NCBI GenBank assembly: GCA_050246385.1
Contig: JBFWWD010000001.1
Span: 9,789 to 73,788, forward strand
Direction: 5' to 3'
DNA length: 64,000 nt
Source of the DNA: Geminicoccaceae bacterium
GTDB lineage: Bacteria; Pseudomonadota; Alphaproteobacteria; Geminicoccales; Geminicoccaceae
Shown: positions 35,504 to 46,549 of the stretch, piece by piece
How the letters are laid out: every line of letters starts with the position of its first letter
How positions within the stretch are numbered: position 1 is the stretch's first letter
Translations under genes and position numbers: made by a program
Notes under the pieces: model-generated
Databases searched by the model: none
Seen by the model: only the letters and a program-made list of their open reading frames with translations
What the model was told of the DNA's origin: nothing

Positions 35504-36093
35504 GGGGGCGCGTCATGATCGCCGCAGCCGTTTGGGCTGGCGCTGCAATCCTTGCGGGAGCCGCGATGCTCTTCGTCCCGAGGGAGGAGCCGCAGCACCA
35601 GCCGGCGCCTGCGGCCACGGCGGTCGGTGGGGAGCTGTTCGCGGCCTCCAAGCCGAGGCCCGTTCCCGAGCTGCGGTTCGTCGACGGCGCGGGCCGGCCA
35701 CGGGCCCTTGCCGACTTCCGCGGCAAGGTGGTGCTCTTGAACCTTTGGGCGACCTGGTGCGTGCCCTGCCGCAAGGAGATGCCGGCTCTCGACCGTCTGC
35801 AGGCCCATCTCGGCGGGCCGGACTTCGAGGTCGTTGCGTTGTCGATCGACAGGAAGGGCCTGCCGGCGGTGCAGGCCTTCTACGCCGAGCTCGGGCTGAA
35901 GGCGCTCGCGATCTATGTCGACGCGAAGGGGGATTCGGCAAATCAGGTCGGCGCGCTCGGGATTCCCACAACCCTGCTCATCGACAGGAAAGGAGATGAG
36001 GTGGGGCGCGTGGCAGGCCCGAGGGAGTGGGACTCCCAGCAATCGATGCTGGAAATCGAACGGCGCATCGGTCCTGCGTCAACGGCACCATAG
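35500..36093 (+). CDS. TlpA family thiol:disulfide oxidoreductase
   Basis: ATGA overlap with the upstream stop, a membrane anchor, and active site WATWCVPCRKEMP. Confidence 0.85.
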   Translation: MRGRVMIAAAVWAGAAILAGAAMLFVPREEPQHQPAPAATAVGGELFAASKPRPVPELRFVDGAGRPRALADFRGKVVLLNLWATWCVPCRKEMPALDRLQAHLGGPDFEVVALSIDRKGLPAVQAFYAELGLKALAIYVDAKGDSANQVGALGIPTTLLIDRKGDEVGRVAGPREWDSQQSMLEIERRIGPASTAP

Positions 36094-36154
36094 GACCATG
36101 ACGCTCCTTCCCTTGGAGACACGACGTGAACCCTGCAGCGAAAGGACAATCCGC

Positions 36155-36553
36155 ATGAACGCCATCGACCCGGCCGGGACGGCCGCACCGTCGCTCGGCC
36201 GGGACCTCGTGGCCGCCGCCCGCTACTATCTCGGCGGGCGCGGCGGCCTGCTCGTTCTCGGGGCGGTAGCCGTCGCCGGCGGCCTCGTCTCGAGCTGGGG
36301 CTGGCTGGTGGCGGCCGGCGTCGCCCCGCTTCTGCTGTCGGTGCTTCCCTGCGTCGCCATGTGCGCGCTGGGCTTGTGCATGCACCGAATGTCCGGCGGC
36401 GCGAAGACCCCCGAGCAGGATGCATCCGTGCACCCTGACCCGAGGCAGCTCGTGCTCGACATGGGCGGCCTCGATCCTGCGGCGCGGCCCACCGACGGCG
36501 CCCGCCCCCAGACCACCGACCAAGGAATAGGATCATGTTGCAAGCCAAAGTGA
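36155..36553 (+). CDS. small membrane protein with Cys-rich TM (unknown function)
   Basis: ATG at 36155. Two hydrophobic segments, the second being LLLSVLPCVAMCALGLCMH, and a C-terminal CC. Confidence 0.45.
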   Translation: MNAIDPAGTAAPSLGRDLVAAARYYLGGRGGLLVLGAVAVAGGLVSSWGWLVAAGVAPLLLSVLPCVAMCALGLCMHRMSGGAKTPEQDASVHPDPRQLVLDMGGLDPAARPTDGARPQTTDQGIGSCCKPK

Positions 36554-36804
36554 CATCGACGGTTGCGGCGGCGGCACTCGTCGCCGCGCTTCTGGGCGGC
36601 ACGGCCCTCGGTGCCCAGGAGGCTGCGCCCGCCGCGCCGGGAGGCGCCGCGGCCCAGCAGGGCATGCCCGGCGGAATGATGGGCCAGGGCGGGATGATGG
36701 GCCAGATGATGCAGATGATGCAGGCCTGCAACGAGATGATGCAGGCGGCGTCGGCCGGCGCGCCTTCTGCAGGTGACGCCGCGCAACCGCGGCAAGGAGG
36801 CTGA
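36535..36804 (+). CDS. small secreted Met-rich protein
   Basis: Signal peptide followed by QQGMPGGMMGQGGMMGQMMQMMQACNEMMQ. Met-rich tracts of this type occur in periplasmic Cu(I)-binding proteins. Confidence 0.5.
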   Translation: MLQAKVTSTVAAAALVAALLGGTALGAQEAAPAAPGGAAAQQGMPGGMMGQGGMMGQMMQMMQACNEMMQAASAGAPSAGDAAQPRQGG

Positions 36805-36877
36805 GGCCCGCGTCCGCAACATTGGCGGGCCGCGGCCGCGAAGCCCCGGCCCGCTCTACCAGGAGCGGGAACTCAAG

Positions 36878-37840
36878 ATGGGTGGGCGATGGCTCATGAA
36901 GCGCGAAAAGCCGGCCACGTTGCGTTGTACCATCACTCGGCGGCGTGCCGGGGGGATGCTCGCTGGGCTTGTGGCGACCTCGCTCTCTGGCGCGCTGGAA
37001 ACGCGGCCTGCCCTGGCCGCTTCGGATCCTGCCGGGCCGCTCACACCGGAAGCGGGGCGCTCGCTCTACGCCGAGGCCGTGGCGAGCGTCTTGCCGGAAA
37101 AAGGCCACATGAGCCGCGTCGAGCTGCGCGACGCGGTCCTCAAGCTCATCCAGCACGGCGCCATCGATCCAGAGAAGTTCGAAGCGATGTATCGCGGCCG
37201 TGGCGGGCTGCCCGCCGAGCTGCGTTACCTGATGCGCTGGCCTTCCCACCTGCCGATCCGACTGACACGCGAGAACGCCGCCCTCTACGTCAACATCCTG
37301 TGGCCGCTGGGGCTCGCCAACCACTTGAATGCCAACGATGCGAGTCCGCTGAACGGGCCGTCGCTGGGCACATTCGCGTCGACCGGCGGATGGAGCTTGG
37401 GCAAGGCGGCGAGCGGCGGCGAGTACTTCAACAAGCTCCCGATCGTCGAGATCACGCCCGAGCAGGAAGCGCTCGCGGCCAAGGTCGCCAAGAGCACCTA
37501 CCGACCCTGCTGCGACAACTCGACCTTCTTTCAGGACTGCAACCACGGCTCGGCCCTGCTCGGGATGTTGGAGCTCGGTGCCGCGCAGGGTCTCTCCGAA
37601 GACGAGTTGTTCCGCGAGGCGCTCGCCTTCAACTCCTTCTGGTTCCCGGACAACTACCTACGGACGGCGTTGTACTTCAAGGTCGTGGAGAAGAAGGACT
37701 GGGCCGAGGTCGACCCCCGGATCGTGATGGGCGCCCGCTACTCCTCGCTCAGCATGTGGCAGGCACAAGTCCAGACCGCGCTCGCCCGCATCCCGAACCT
37801 CATCCCCGAGGAACAGGGAGGCGCCGGATGTGGCGCGTGA
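36878..37840 (+). CDS. exported CC-motif protein of unknown function (upstream of SCO1)
   Basis: ATG at 36878 (alternative at 36896) and a signal-like segment. Conserved-looking STYRPCCDNSTFFQDCNHGSALLGMLELGA and a C-terminal GGAGCGA. Confidence 0.6.
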   Translation: MGGRWLMKREKPATLRCTITRRRAGGMLAGLVATSLSGALETRPALAASDPAGPLTPEAGRSLYAEAVASVLPEKGHMSRVELRDAVLKLIQHGAIDPEKFEAMYRGRGGLPAELRYLMRWPSHLPIRLTRENAALYVNILWPLGLANHLNANDASPLNGPSLGTFASTGGWSLGKAASGGEYFNKLPIVEITPEQEALAAKVAKSTYRPCCDNSTFFQDCNHGSALLGMLELGAAQGLSEDELFREALAFNSFWFPDNYLRTALYFKVVEKKDWAEVDPRIVMGARYSSLSMWQAQVQTALARIPNLIPEEQGGAGCGA

Positions 37841-38580
37841 CGGGCGGGCGCCGCGGCCGCCGGTCGCCCGCTGCCGGCGATGGTGAAACCGTGCAGCTTC
37901 TGAGCGCAGTTGCCGTAGCAGCGGCGCTCGTGCTTGGCACCGCCGCGCCAGCCTCCGCGCATGCGCCGGGCGAGCTCGACCGGCAGCTCCTCGAGCGCGA
38001 GCGGTACTTTCAGCCGATGAACCATGAGGCACCGGGCTTCACGCTCCAGGACGCGGACGGTCGGACCGTCCGGCTCGCCGACCTTCGCGGCAAGGTCGTC
38101 GTATTGCACTTCATCTACGCCAGCTGCCCCGACGTTTGCCCGCTGCATGCCGAGCGGATCGCCGAGATCCAGGGGATGATCAACCGGACACCGATGAAGG
38201 ATCAGGTGCAGTTCGTCAGCATTACGACCGATCCGGCGCGGGACACGCCCGATATCCTCCGACAATTCGGCCCCGCGCACGGCCTCGATCCGAGCAACTG
38301 GCTGTTCCTGACGGCGGCGTCCGACCAAGCGGACGATTCGACACGCAAGCTCGCCAAAGCCTACGGCCTCGAGTTCACCACCACCGAGAACGGCGAGCAG
38401 ATGCACGCCGTCGTCACCCATGTCATCGACCAGGGCGGTCATCTGCGGGCGCGTTTCTTCTCCCTCAAGTTCGAGCCCACGAGCCTGGTCCTATTCGTCA
38501 ACGACCTCGTCGACGATGCGTGGTCGGAAAGGCCTAGGCCGGGATTCTGGGAGAGGCTGCGTGGTCTTCTCGGCAGCTGA
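37828..38580 (+). CDS. SCO1/SenC family copper chaperone
   Basis: CPDVCP active site with a downstream His (VVTHVIDQ) on a thioredoxin fold. The start is ATG 37828 or GTG 37891, the latter sitting directly before the signal peptide. Confidence 0.85.
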   Translation: MWRVTGGRRGRRSPAAGDGETVQLLSAVAVAAALVLGTAAPASAHAPGELDRQLLERERYFQPMNHEAPGFTLQDADGRTVRLADLRGKVVVLHFIYASCPDVCPLHAERIAEIQGMINRTPMKDQVQFVSITTDPARDTPDILRQFGPAHGLDPSNWLFLTAASDQADDSTRKLAKAYGLEFTTTENGEQMHAVVTHVIDQGGHLRARFFSLKFEPTSLVLFVNDLVDDAWSERPRPGFWERLRGLLGS

Positions 38581-38667
38581 GACGACGGTGCGGGCGGGAC
38601 CCGGATTGGCCCCTGATGGGCAAGGAAACAACGCGCAATCGGTCGTCCCTGACAGGAGGGTTGCAGA

Positions 38668-39243
38668 ATGAGGCTCAGGTCGTGCCGAGCAGTTGCCCTG
38701 TTCCTGCTCATCGCGAGCGCGGGTGGCGGTTCGCTCGTGGCGAGCACGAGCTTCGCAACGGAAACGGCGGCTGGTGTCTCGGAGGAGACCAGGGCGCGTT
38801 TCGAGTATCTGAGCCGGAACGGCAACTCGAACTGTTCGCAAGAGTTCATGGCTGTCATCCCGAAGATGTCGCTCATGGAACGGCTGCAAGGCTCGTGCTG
38901 TACCCCGATGGACCTGCACCGCTATGCCGAGCAGGTCGACGGCCTGAAGGCGTATCGTGAGATTGCCGTAATTCCGCCCGATCCGTACGACATCGAAGCC
39001 GGCCTGGCCGCCAAGCTCATGTCGTCCGATGCAATGGAGCTCTCCCCCGGCGAACAGGCAGAATACGACTACGCGATGGCCAATTCCGCCGAGCATGGAC
39101 CGTGCTGCTGCAGGTGCTGGCGGTGGAAAGTCTACGGCGGATTGGCCAAGTCCCTCATTCGCAACCAGCAATTCTCGGGAAAGCAGGTCACAGAGATCTG
39201 GGATCTTTCGAACGGATGTGGCGGCGGCAGCGATGTTCACTAA
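38668..39243 (+). CDS. exported CC-motif protein of unknown function (downstream of SCO1)
   Basis: Signal peptide and motifs LQGSCCTPMDLHRY and HGPCCCRCWRWKVYGGLAKSLI, ending in NGCGGGSDVH. Confidence 0.6.
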   Translation: MRLRSCRAVALFLLIASAGGGSLVASTSFATETAAGVSEETRARFEYLSRNGNSNCSQEFMAVIPKMSLMERLQGSCCTPMDLHRYAEQVDGLKAYREIAVIPPDPYDIEAGLAAKLMSSDAMELSPGEQAEYDYAMANSAEHGPCCCRCWRWKVYGGLAKSLIRNQQFSGKQVTEIWDLSNGCGGGSDVH

Positions 39244-39504
39244 CAGCGAGCGGGCGGGCGGGCGGCTCGACACCGCGGTGCGCAGCAGCTGGACTCGCAG
39301 CGGTCTGATGCCGGTGCCGATCCTCGGCACCGACCTCTCTCGACTCGTGCAATGGCTCGTGCTCCCCCTGGGCACCTTCCGTTGGGCCAGCCGGTCGGCC
39401 GCGCGGTATCTCACAAGGGCAATTCCATGATCGACCGGTCCCTGAAGACCCTTGTGCCTGCCAATCCCTCGCTGAGGACAATGCCGTCCGTTCGAGGGAT
39501 CGAG

Positions 39505-40920
39505 ATGTCGCGCCGCGATCTGCTGGCCGCAGGTGCGGCCGTGGCCGTGGCGATGCCTCTCGGCTCCGTGCGGGCGGCCGCCGTCCGTGACCACCGCCTG
39601 GTCGCCGGCACGGCGCGGGTGCCGCTGGCGGGAGCGAGCTACCCCGGGACCGAGGTCTGGGCCTACGACGGCTCCGTCCCGGGGCCGGAGATCAGGCTGC
39701 GCCAGGGCGAGCGCCTCCGGATCGTGGTCGAGAACCGGCTGACCGAGGACACGACGGTGCATTGGCACGGCGTGCGGGTTCCCAACGCCATGGACGGCGT
39801 GCCGGACGTGACCCAGGCGCCGATCGCCCCCGCCGCAACCTTCGTCTACGAGTTCGACGTGCCGGACGCGGGAACCTACTGGTATCACCCGCACCAGCGC
39901 AGCTACGAGCAGGTCGCCCGCGGCCTCTACGGCCCACTGATCGTCGAAGAACGGGAGCCGATCGAGGTCGATCGGGACGTGCTCTGGGTGCTCGGCGATT
40001 GGCGGCTCTTGCCCGATGCCAGCATCAGCGGCGAGTTCGGCAATGCCATGGAGACCGCCATGGCCGGCCGGATCGGCAACACCGTCACGGTCAACGGCCG
40101 AGTGATCGACACGTTCGCAGTCCGCGCCGGCGAGCGCATCCGGTTGCGCCTCGTCAACGCCGCGCCGGCGCGGATCTTCGCGCTCGACTTCCGACGTTAC
40201 CGCCCGCGCATGATCGCACTCGACGGCCAGCCGGTGACGCCGCACGAGCCCGCGGGCGGCCGCGTCGTGCTCGGCCCGGCGCAGCGGGCCGACCTCGTGC
40301 TCGACCTGACCGGCGCACTTGGCAGCCGCGCCACGGTCGCGGATACGTTCTATCAAGGGCTCGAGTACCGGCTGCTCGACCTTGCCTACGATGCCGAGCC
40401 GCTGCGCACCCTGCCCTCGGATGCGCCGATCGCCCTTACCGCCAACAGCCTGCCCGAGCCCGACCTCGGCGATGCCGAACGACATGAGATCGTCATGGGC
40501 GGTGGCATGATGGGCGGGATGATGAGCAGGAGCGGTGGCACAATGCAGGGCATGTCCCATGGCGGCGGCATGATGATGGGCGGCGGCATGGGCATGGCCT
40601 GGACCTTCAATGGCGTTGCTGCCACCGACCATGACATGCGACCGATGCTCGAGCTGAAGCAGGGCCGGCCCTACGTGCTGGCACTCGCGAACGAGACCGC
40701 GTGGTGGCACCCGATCCACCTGCACGGCCATGTCTTCCGGGTGATTGCCCGCGACGGCGCACCGACTCCGTTTCGCGAGTGGCGTGATACCGTGCTGCTC
40801 GCGCCGCGCGAGCGGGTGGAAATTGCCTTCGTCGCCGACAATCCCGGCGCCTGGATGATCCATTGTCACGTCCTGGACCACCAGAACGGCGGCATGATGG
40901 CGATGATCGAGGTTGCCTGA
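39505..40920 (+). CDS. multicopper oxidase with Met/Gly-rich insert, Tat-exported
   Basis: Tat-like MSRRDLLAAGAAVAV. Copper sites VHWHGVRVP, WYHPH, HPIHLHGH and HCHVLDHQNGGMM. Insert GGGMMGGMMSRSGGTMQGMSHGGGMMMGGGMGM. Confidence 0.85.
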   Translation: MSRRDLLAAGAAVAVAMPLGSVRAAAVRDHRLVAGTARVPLAGASYPGTEVWAYDGSVPGPEIRLRQGERLRIVVENRLTEDTTVHWHGVRVPNAMDGVPDVTQAPIAPAATFVYEFDVPDAGTYWYHPHQRSYEQVARGLYGPLIVEEREPIEVDRDVLWVLGDWRLLPDASISGEFGNAMETAMAGRIGNTVTVNGRVIDTFAVRAGERIRLRLVNAAPARIFALDFRRYRPRMIALDGQPVTPHEPAGGRVVLGPAQRADLVLDLTGALGSRATVADTFYQGLEYRLLDLAYDAEPLRTLPSDAPIALTANSLPEPDLGDAERHEIVMGGGMMGGMMSRSGGTMQGMSHGGGMMMGGGMGMAWTFNGVAATDHDMRPMLELKQGRPYVLALANETAWWHPIHLHGHVFRVIARDGAPTPFREWRDTVLLAPRERVEIAFVADNPGAWMIHCHVLDHQNGGMMAMIEVA

Positions 40921-40958
40921 TGGCCCTGTCGGCCGTGTTCAGAAAGGAGAAGTGAGCG

Positions 40959-41417
40959 ATGATGCGACGTGATTTCGGCCTCGCCTGTCTCACCCTCGCG
41001 GCAGGCCCGGTACCTGTGCTTGCAGCGGCACGGCCGATGGGCGTGCTCTACAAAAACCCCCAGTGCAGCTGCTGCGAGGCGCATGCGGACTATCTCCGGC
41101 AGTACGGCTATCAGATCGAGGTCAAGCCGAGCTTCGACCTGGTGGCAATCAAGCGGCAGAGCGGCGTGCCCGAGACGCTCGACGGCTGTCACACGATGCT
41201 CATTGGCGGCTACGTGGTCGAGGGCCATGTCCCGGCGGGGGCCATCGACCGCCTGCTCGCCGAGCGCCCGGTGATCAAGGGCATCTCGGTTCCCGGCATG
41301 CCGGCGGGCTCGCCCGGGATGCTGGCGCCGGGAGAGCAGCAGCAGCTCCTCACCGTCTACGAGATCTCTACCGATCCGGCATCCGGCGCGACGCCGAAGG
41401 TATTCGGTGTCATGTGA
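40959..41417 (+). CDS. copG: DUF411 (CopG-like) periplasmic metal-binding protein
   Basis: Shine-Dalgarno plus ATG and a signal peptide. Motifs NPQCSCC and DGCHTM...GHVP, and MPAGSPGM. Confidence 0.8.
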   Translation: MMRRDFGLACLTLAAGPVPVLAAARPMGVLYKNPQCSCCEAHADYLRQYGYQIEVKPSFDLVAIKRQSGVPETLDGCHTMLIGGYVVEGHVPAGAIDRLLAERPVIKGISVPGMPAGSPGMLAPGEQQQLLTVYEISTDPASGATPKVFGVM

Positions 41418-41600
41418 CTCGATGAGCGGCAACCCCGCCAGACCTCGTTGCCGCAGCAGGCCAGCCTGGCCGGCCATCATCCTGGGCGATTCACCGGCCC
41501 GCCCATGAGGAGCAGACGGGCCTGCCCCCTGCCCTGGGGGCAGCTCGAGACTCACGGCATGGCTGGAGAGAGGGCCGCGGGCCTTTCTTGATCCAGATCA

Positions 41601-42041
41601 ATGATGCGACGACGGGATGTGGTAGGAAGCAGCGGAACTTGCGCTGTTGGAACAGAGGTGGCGATCCAAGCTCCGCCGTTCGTCGCAGGCTCGAGCCGTC
41701 TCCAGGCCAGCGGCTGGCGCTGGGTGGCCGCGGCGTGCATGCTGGCCTTGGTGGTACTTGGTCTCGCCCTTCCGGATCAACCGCGCGCCCAGGAGCTCGC
41801 CAGCTTCCCTGTCGTGATTGTGGCGAGTGATGGAGGCGGTCACTGCCCAGGGTCGCACGATAGCGGCCCCTCCGGACATTGCCACGGCAGCATCCAGGTC
41901 CATGCCTGCTGCATCCTGCCAATAGTTGCAGGCACTGACGTGCCGGCGGCAACGCGCAATTGGAGCCGGTATCGCGCGCCATGGCCTGCCGAGCGCGTGA
42001 TCGCTCCCAATCCCCGCCCGCCTTCGCCCATCGTCGTCTGA
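41601..42041 (+). CDS. small membrane/exported Cys/His protein with Pro-rich C-terminus (family copy 2 of 5)
   Basis: Hydrophobic WRWVAAACMLALVVLGLAL, cluster HCPGSHDSGPSGHCHGSIQVHACC, and tail WPAERVIAPNPRPPSPIVV. Confidence 0.45.
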   Translation: MMRRRDVVGSSGTCAVGTEVAIQAPPFVAGSSRLQASGWRWVAAACMLALVVLGLALPDQPRAQELASFPVVIVASDGGGHCPGSHDSGPSGHCHGSIQVHACCILPIVAGTDVPAATRNWSRYRAPWPAERVIAPNPRPPSPIVV

Positions 42042-42118
42042 TCGATCACTCCGCCCGAGTGGCGGACCATTGGTGAGCTTCCGGCGCCCTGCGCACGGTC
42101 AGCGACGAGGATCGAAAC

Positions 42119-42385
42119 ATGCCTGATTACGCTGCCAGGAGCGGTCACTGGACGCAAAAGGACCAGCACCGCCCGCTACTCTTGTGGATCGGGCTGACCC
42201 TTGCGGTCGTGCTCGGCTTCTTTCTCCTCACCGAGCACCGGGCGCATCTCTTCGGAGCGCTCCCCTTCCTGCTCGTCCTGCTCTGCCCCTTGATGCACCT
42301 GTTCATGCACCACGGGCATGGCCGCCACATGCACGAGGCCGGCACGAGACCAGATACGAGCCCGAACCGAGAGGTGCGGCCGTGA
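42119..42385 (+). CDS. DUF2933 domain-containing membrane protein
   Basis: LLTEHRAHLFGALPFLLVLLCPLMHLFMHHGHGRH is the typical DUF2933 core. Confidence 0.7.
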   Translation: MPDYAARSGHWTQKDQHRPLLLWIGLTLAVVLGFFLLTEHRAHLFGALPFLLVLLCPLMHLFMHHGHGRHMHEAGTRPDTSPNREVRP

Positions 42386-42565
42386 GCCATGAGGCGGCCG
42401 CTACCTTCGGCGCAACCTGACATGCCTGAACGGCCGCAACTGCGGCGTGGGTACCGCACGGTCGGCAAGGAGCCGCGCACGCGTCGCAACCCGGCTGGCG
42501 TGGGGCTCGGAACGACGATCCTGGGGCGATCCAGCCGGCATCCGACATCTCAAAGGAACAGAGTC

Positions 42566-43123
42566 ATGCAGATCGACCGAATGCTGCGCGTAAGCGCGCT
42601 CGTCACGCTCCTCGCCATCAGCCCGCTCACGGCACAGGAGGCGGGTCAGCAAGGGCACCACCCCGCCGCCGCGGCTGCTGCGGCACCTCCGGCCGCGAAG
42701 CCGGCACCGTCAGCCATGCCGGGAGCGGGCCCGGCCACGGGACAAGGCGGCATGATGATGCCGGGGGCCGGCGACGAGCGACACATGGCCATGATGCGCG
42801 AGTGCATGGGCATGATGGGGAGCATGATGCAGGGCGGGGACGGCATGGTGGCTTCCCTGCCCGACGACCCCGTCGCCGGCGCTTTCGCCGCCATCAACAA
42901 CCGCATGCACCGCGACATGGCGGTTCCTGCGGGTGCGAAGCCGGACATCGCATTCGCGCAGGCGATGGTGGCGCACCATCAAGGTGCCATCGACATGGCC
43001 AAGGTCGTCCTCGGCTTCGGGGCCGACCCGGAGATCCGCAAGCTGGCGCAGGACGTCATCACCGCCCAGCAGGGCGAGATCGAGTTCCTGCAGCAATGGC
43101 TGGCCCGGCAGTCCCCGCAGTGA
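42566..43123 (+). CDS. DUF305 domain-containing protein with Met-rich N-terminal extension
   Basis: ATG at 42566 and a signal peptide. Met-rich GQGGMMMPGAGDERHMAMMRECMGMMGSMMQGG. DUF305 core FAQAMVAHHQGAIDMAK...VITAQQGEIEFLQQWL. Confidence 0.8.
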   Translation: MQIDRMLRVSALVTLLAISPLTAQEAGQQGHHPAAAAAAAPPAAKPAPSAMPGAGPATGQGGMMMPGAGDERHMAMMRECMGMMGSMMQGGDGMVASLPDDPVAGAFAAINNRMHRDMAVPAGAKPDIAFAQAMVAHHQGAIDMAKVVLGFGADPEIRKLAQDVITAQQGEIEFLQQWLARQSPQ

Positions 43124-43207
43124 GGCCGGCGTAATCGGCCTCCCGATCCGGGCGCTCGAGGCAACTCGGGCACCCGGGCGGGGCAGGCTCGGCCTGGGGG
43201 ACGGCCG

Positions 43208-43483
43208 TCAGCGATCGCGCTGCGTCAGCACGGTCAGGAGCTCTTGGACCTTGCGGCGCTGATCGTCTCCGTCGCCGCTGGCGATCGCGCCCTCGACGCA
43301 GTGCTCGACATGATCCTTGAGCACCTCGTCCTCGACGCCGCGCAGCGCCGCACGGATCGCCCGGATCTGGGTCAGGACGTCGATGCAGTACCGGTCCTCG
43401 TCGATCATCCGGGCGATGCCGCGGACCTGACCCTCGATCCGCTTCAGCCGATCGCCACACCTGCGCTTTGTGTCCGCTCTCAT
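43208..43483 (-). CDS. csoR: CsoR/RcnR family metal-sensing transcriptional repressor
   Basis: 91 aa with [16 protein letters not shown] and the Cu(I) ligand pattern C-H-C (RYCIDV...DHVEHCV). Divergent from the P-type ATPase. Confidence 0.85.
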   Translation of the reverse strand: MRADTKRRCGDRLKRIEGQVRGIARMIDEDRYCIDVLTQIRAIRAALRGVEDEVLKDHVEHCVEGAIASGDGDDQRRKVQELLTVLTQRDR

Positions 43484-43494
43484 GTCTTGTACAT

Positions 43495-43509
43495 TACCCC
43501 CCTAAGGTA
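43495..43509. promoter_or_regulatory. putative CsoR operator TACC-N7-GGTA in the csoR/copA divergent promoter
   Basis: TACCCCCCTAAGGTA lies 12 nt from the csoR start codon and 58 nt from the copA ATG. It is a C/G-tract pseudo-palindrome of the type described for CsoR operators. Confidence 0.45.
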
Positions 43510-43566
43510 TATCTCGTCAAGCATCGGGATGCCGACCGCCTGCGAGGCGAGGTAAGGAAATCGTCC

Positions 43567-45939
<2,373 letters not shown>

Positions 45940-46014
45940 CGGTGTGCCGCGCGGGAACGAGGCGCACGCCGATCTCCCGCGCGGCGATCGATCGGGGGCT
46001 TTGTTGGGCCCCGA

Positions 46015-46440
46015 TCAAACAGCCATGACGATGACCAGGTAGCGGGCGGCCTTGCCGATCGTCACCAGAGGTATGAACACCCATAGCCTCGTCCTGAAGA
46101 TTCCTGCCACGAAGGTGAGCGGGTCGCCGATGATCGGTGTCCACGCCAGCAAGAGTGTCCAGACGCCCCAGCGTTCGTAGATGCGGGTCGCCCGTTCGAG
46201 CGATCGCTCCCTGACCGGAAACCAGCGCCGATGGCGGAAATGGACAAGGTAGCGACCGAGCAGCCAGTTGAGCAGTGAGCCGAGGACATTGCCGGCTGTG
46301 GCGACCGCGACCAGGACGTATCGATCGTGCGCGCCCGCGAGGTGCAGTCCCGCGAGGGCGAACTCCGACTGCGCCGGCAACACCGTCGCCGCCAACAGCG
46401 CCGTGAGAAACAAGCCCGCCAGGGCGGGCAGCCCTTCCAA
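46015..46440 (-). CDS. YqaA/DedA-like small membrane protein
   Basis: 141 aa with about four hydrophobic segments and the motif WTPIIGDPLTFVAGI. Confidence 0.7.
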   Translation of the reverse strand: MEGLPALAGLFLTALLAATVLPAQSEFALAGLHLAGAHDRYVLVAVATAGNVLGSLLNWLLGRYLVHFRHRRWFPVRERSLERATRIYERWGVWTLLLAWTPIIGDPLTFVAGIFRTRLWVFIPLVTIGKAARYLVIVMAV

Positions 46441-46549
46441 TGAGCCTTCTTCCTTCCGTCAACCAGATGCCGGCCGTCTCAATGCGCTTCGTGTTGATGA
46501 TTGTCCGACAAATGCCCTCGCCGGCTTTCCTCCTGACCCGTAGCGAGCA

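Noticed and set aside
38491-40881. 796-aa minus-strand ORF across the CC-protein and MCO1 genes.
   Set aside because: It is antisense to a multicopper oxidase that has all four copper-site motifs. Its composition is low-complexity, so it is a shadow ORF.
45990-46016. Hairpin GATCGGGG-N11-CCCCGATC between convergent copA and the yqaA-like gene, as a bidirectional terminator.
   Set aside because: The stem is only 8 bp with an 11-nt loop, there is no U-tract, and it overlaps the stop codon of the minus-strand gene. This is weak evidence.
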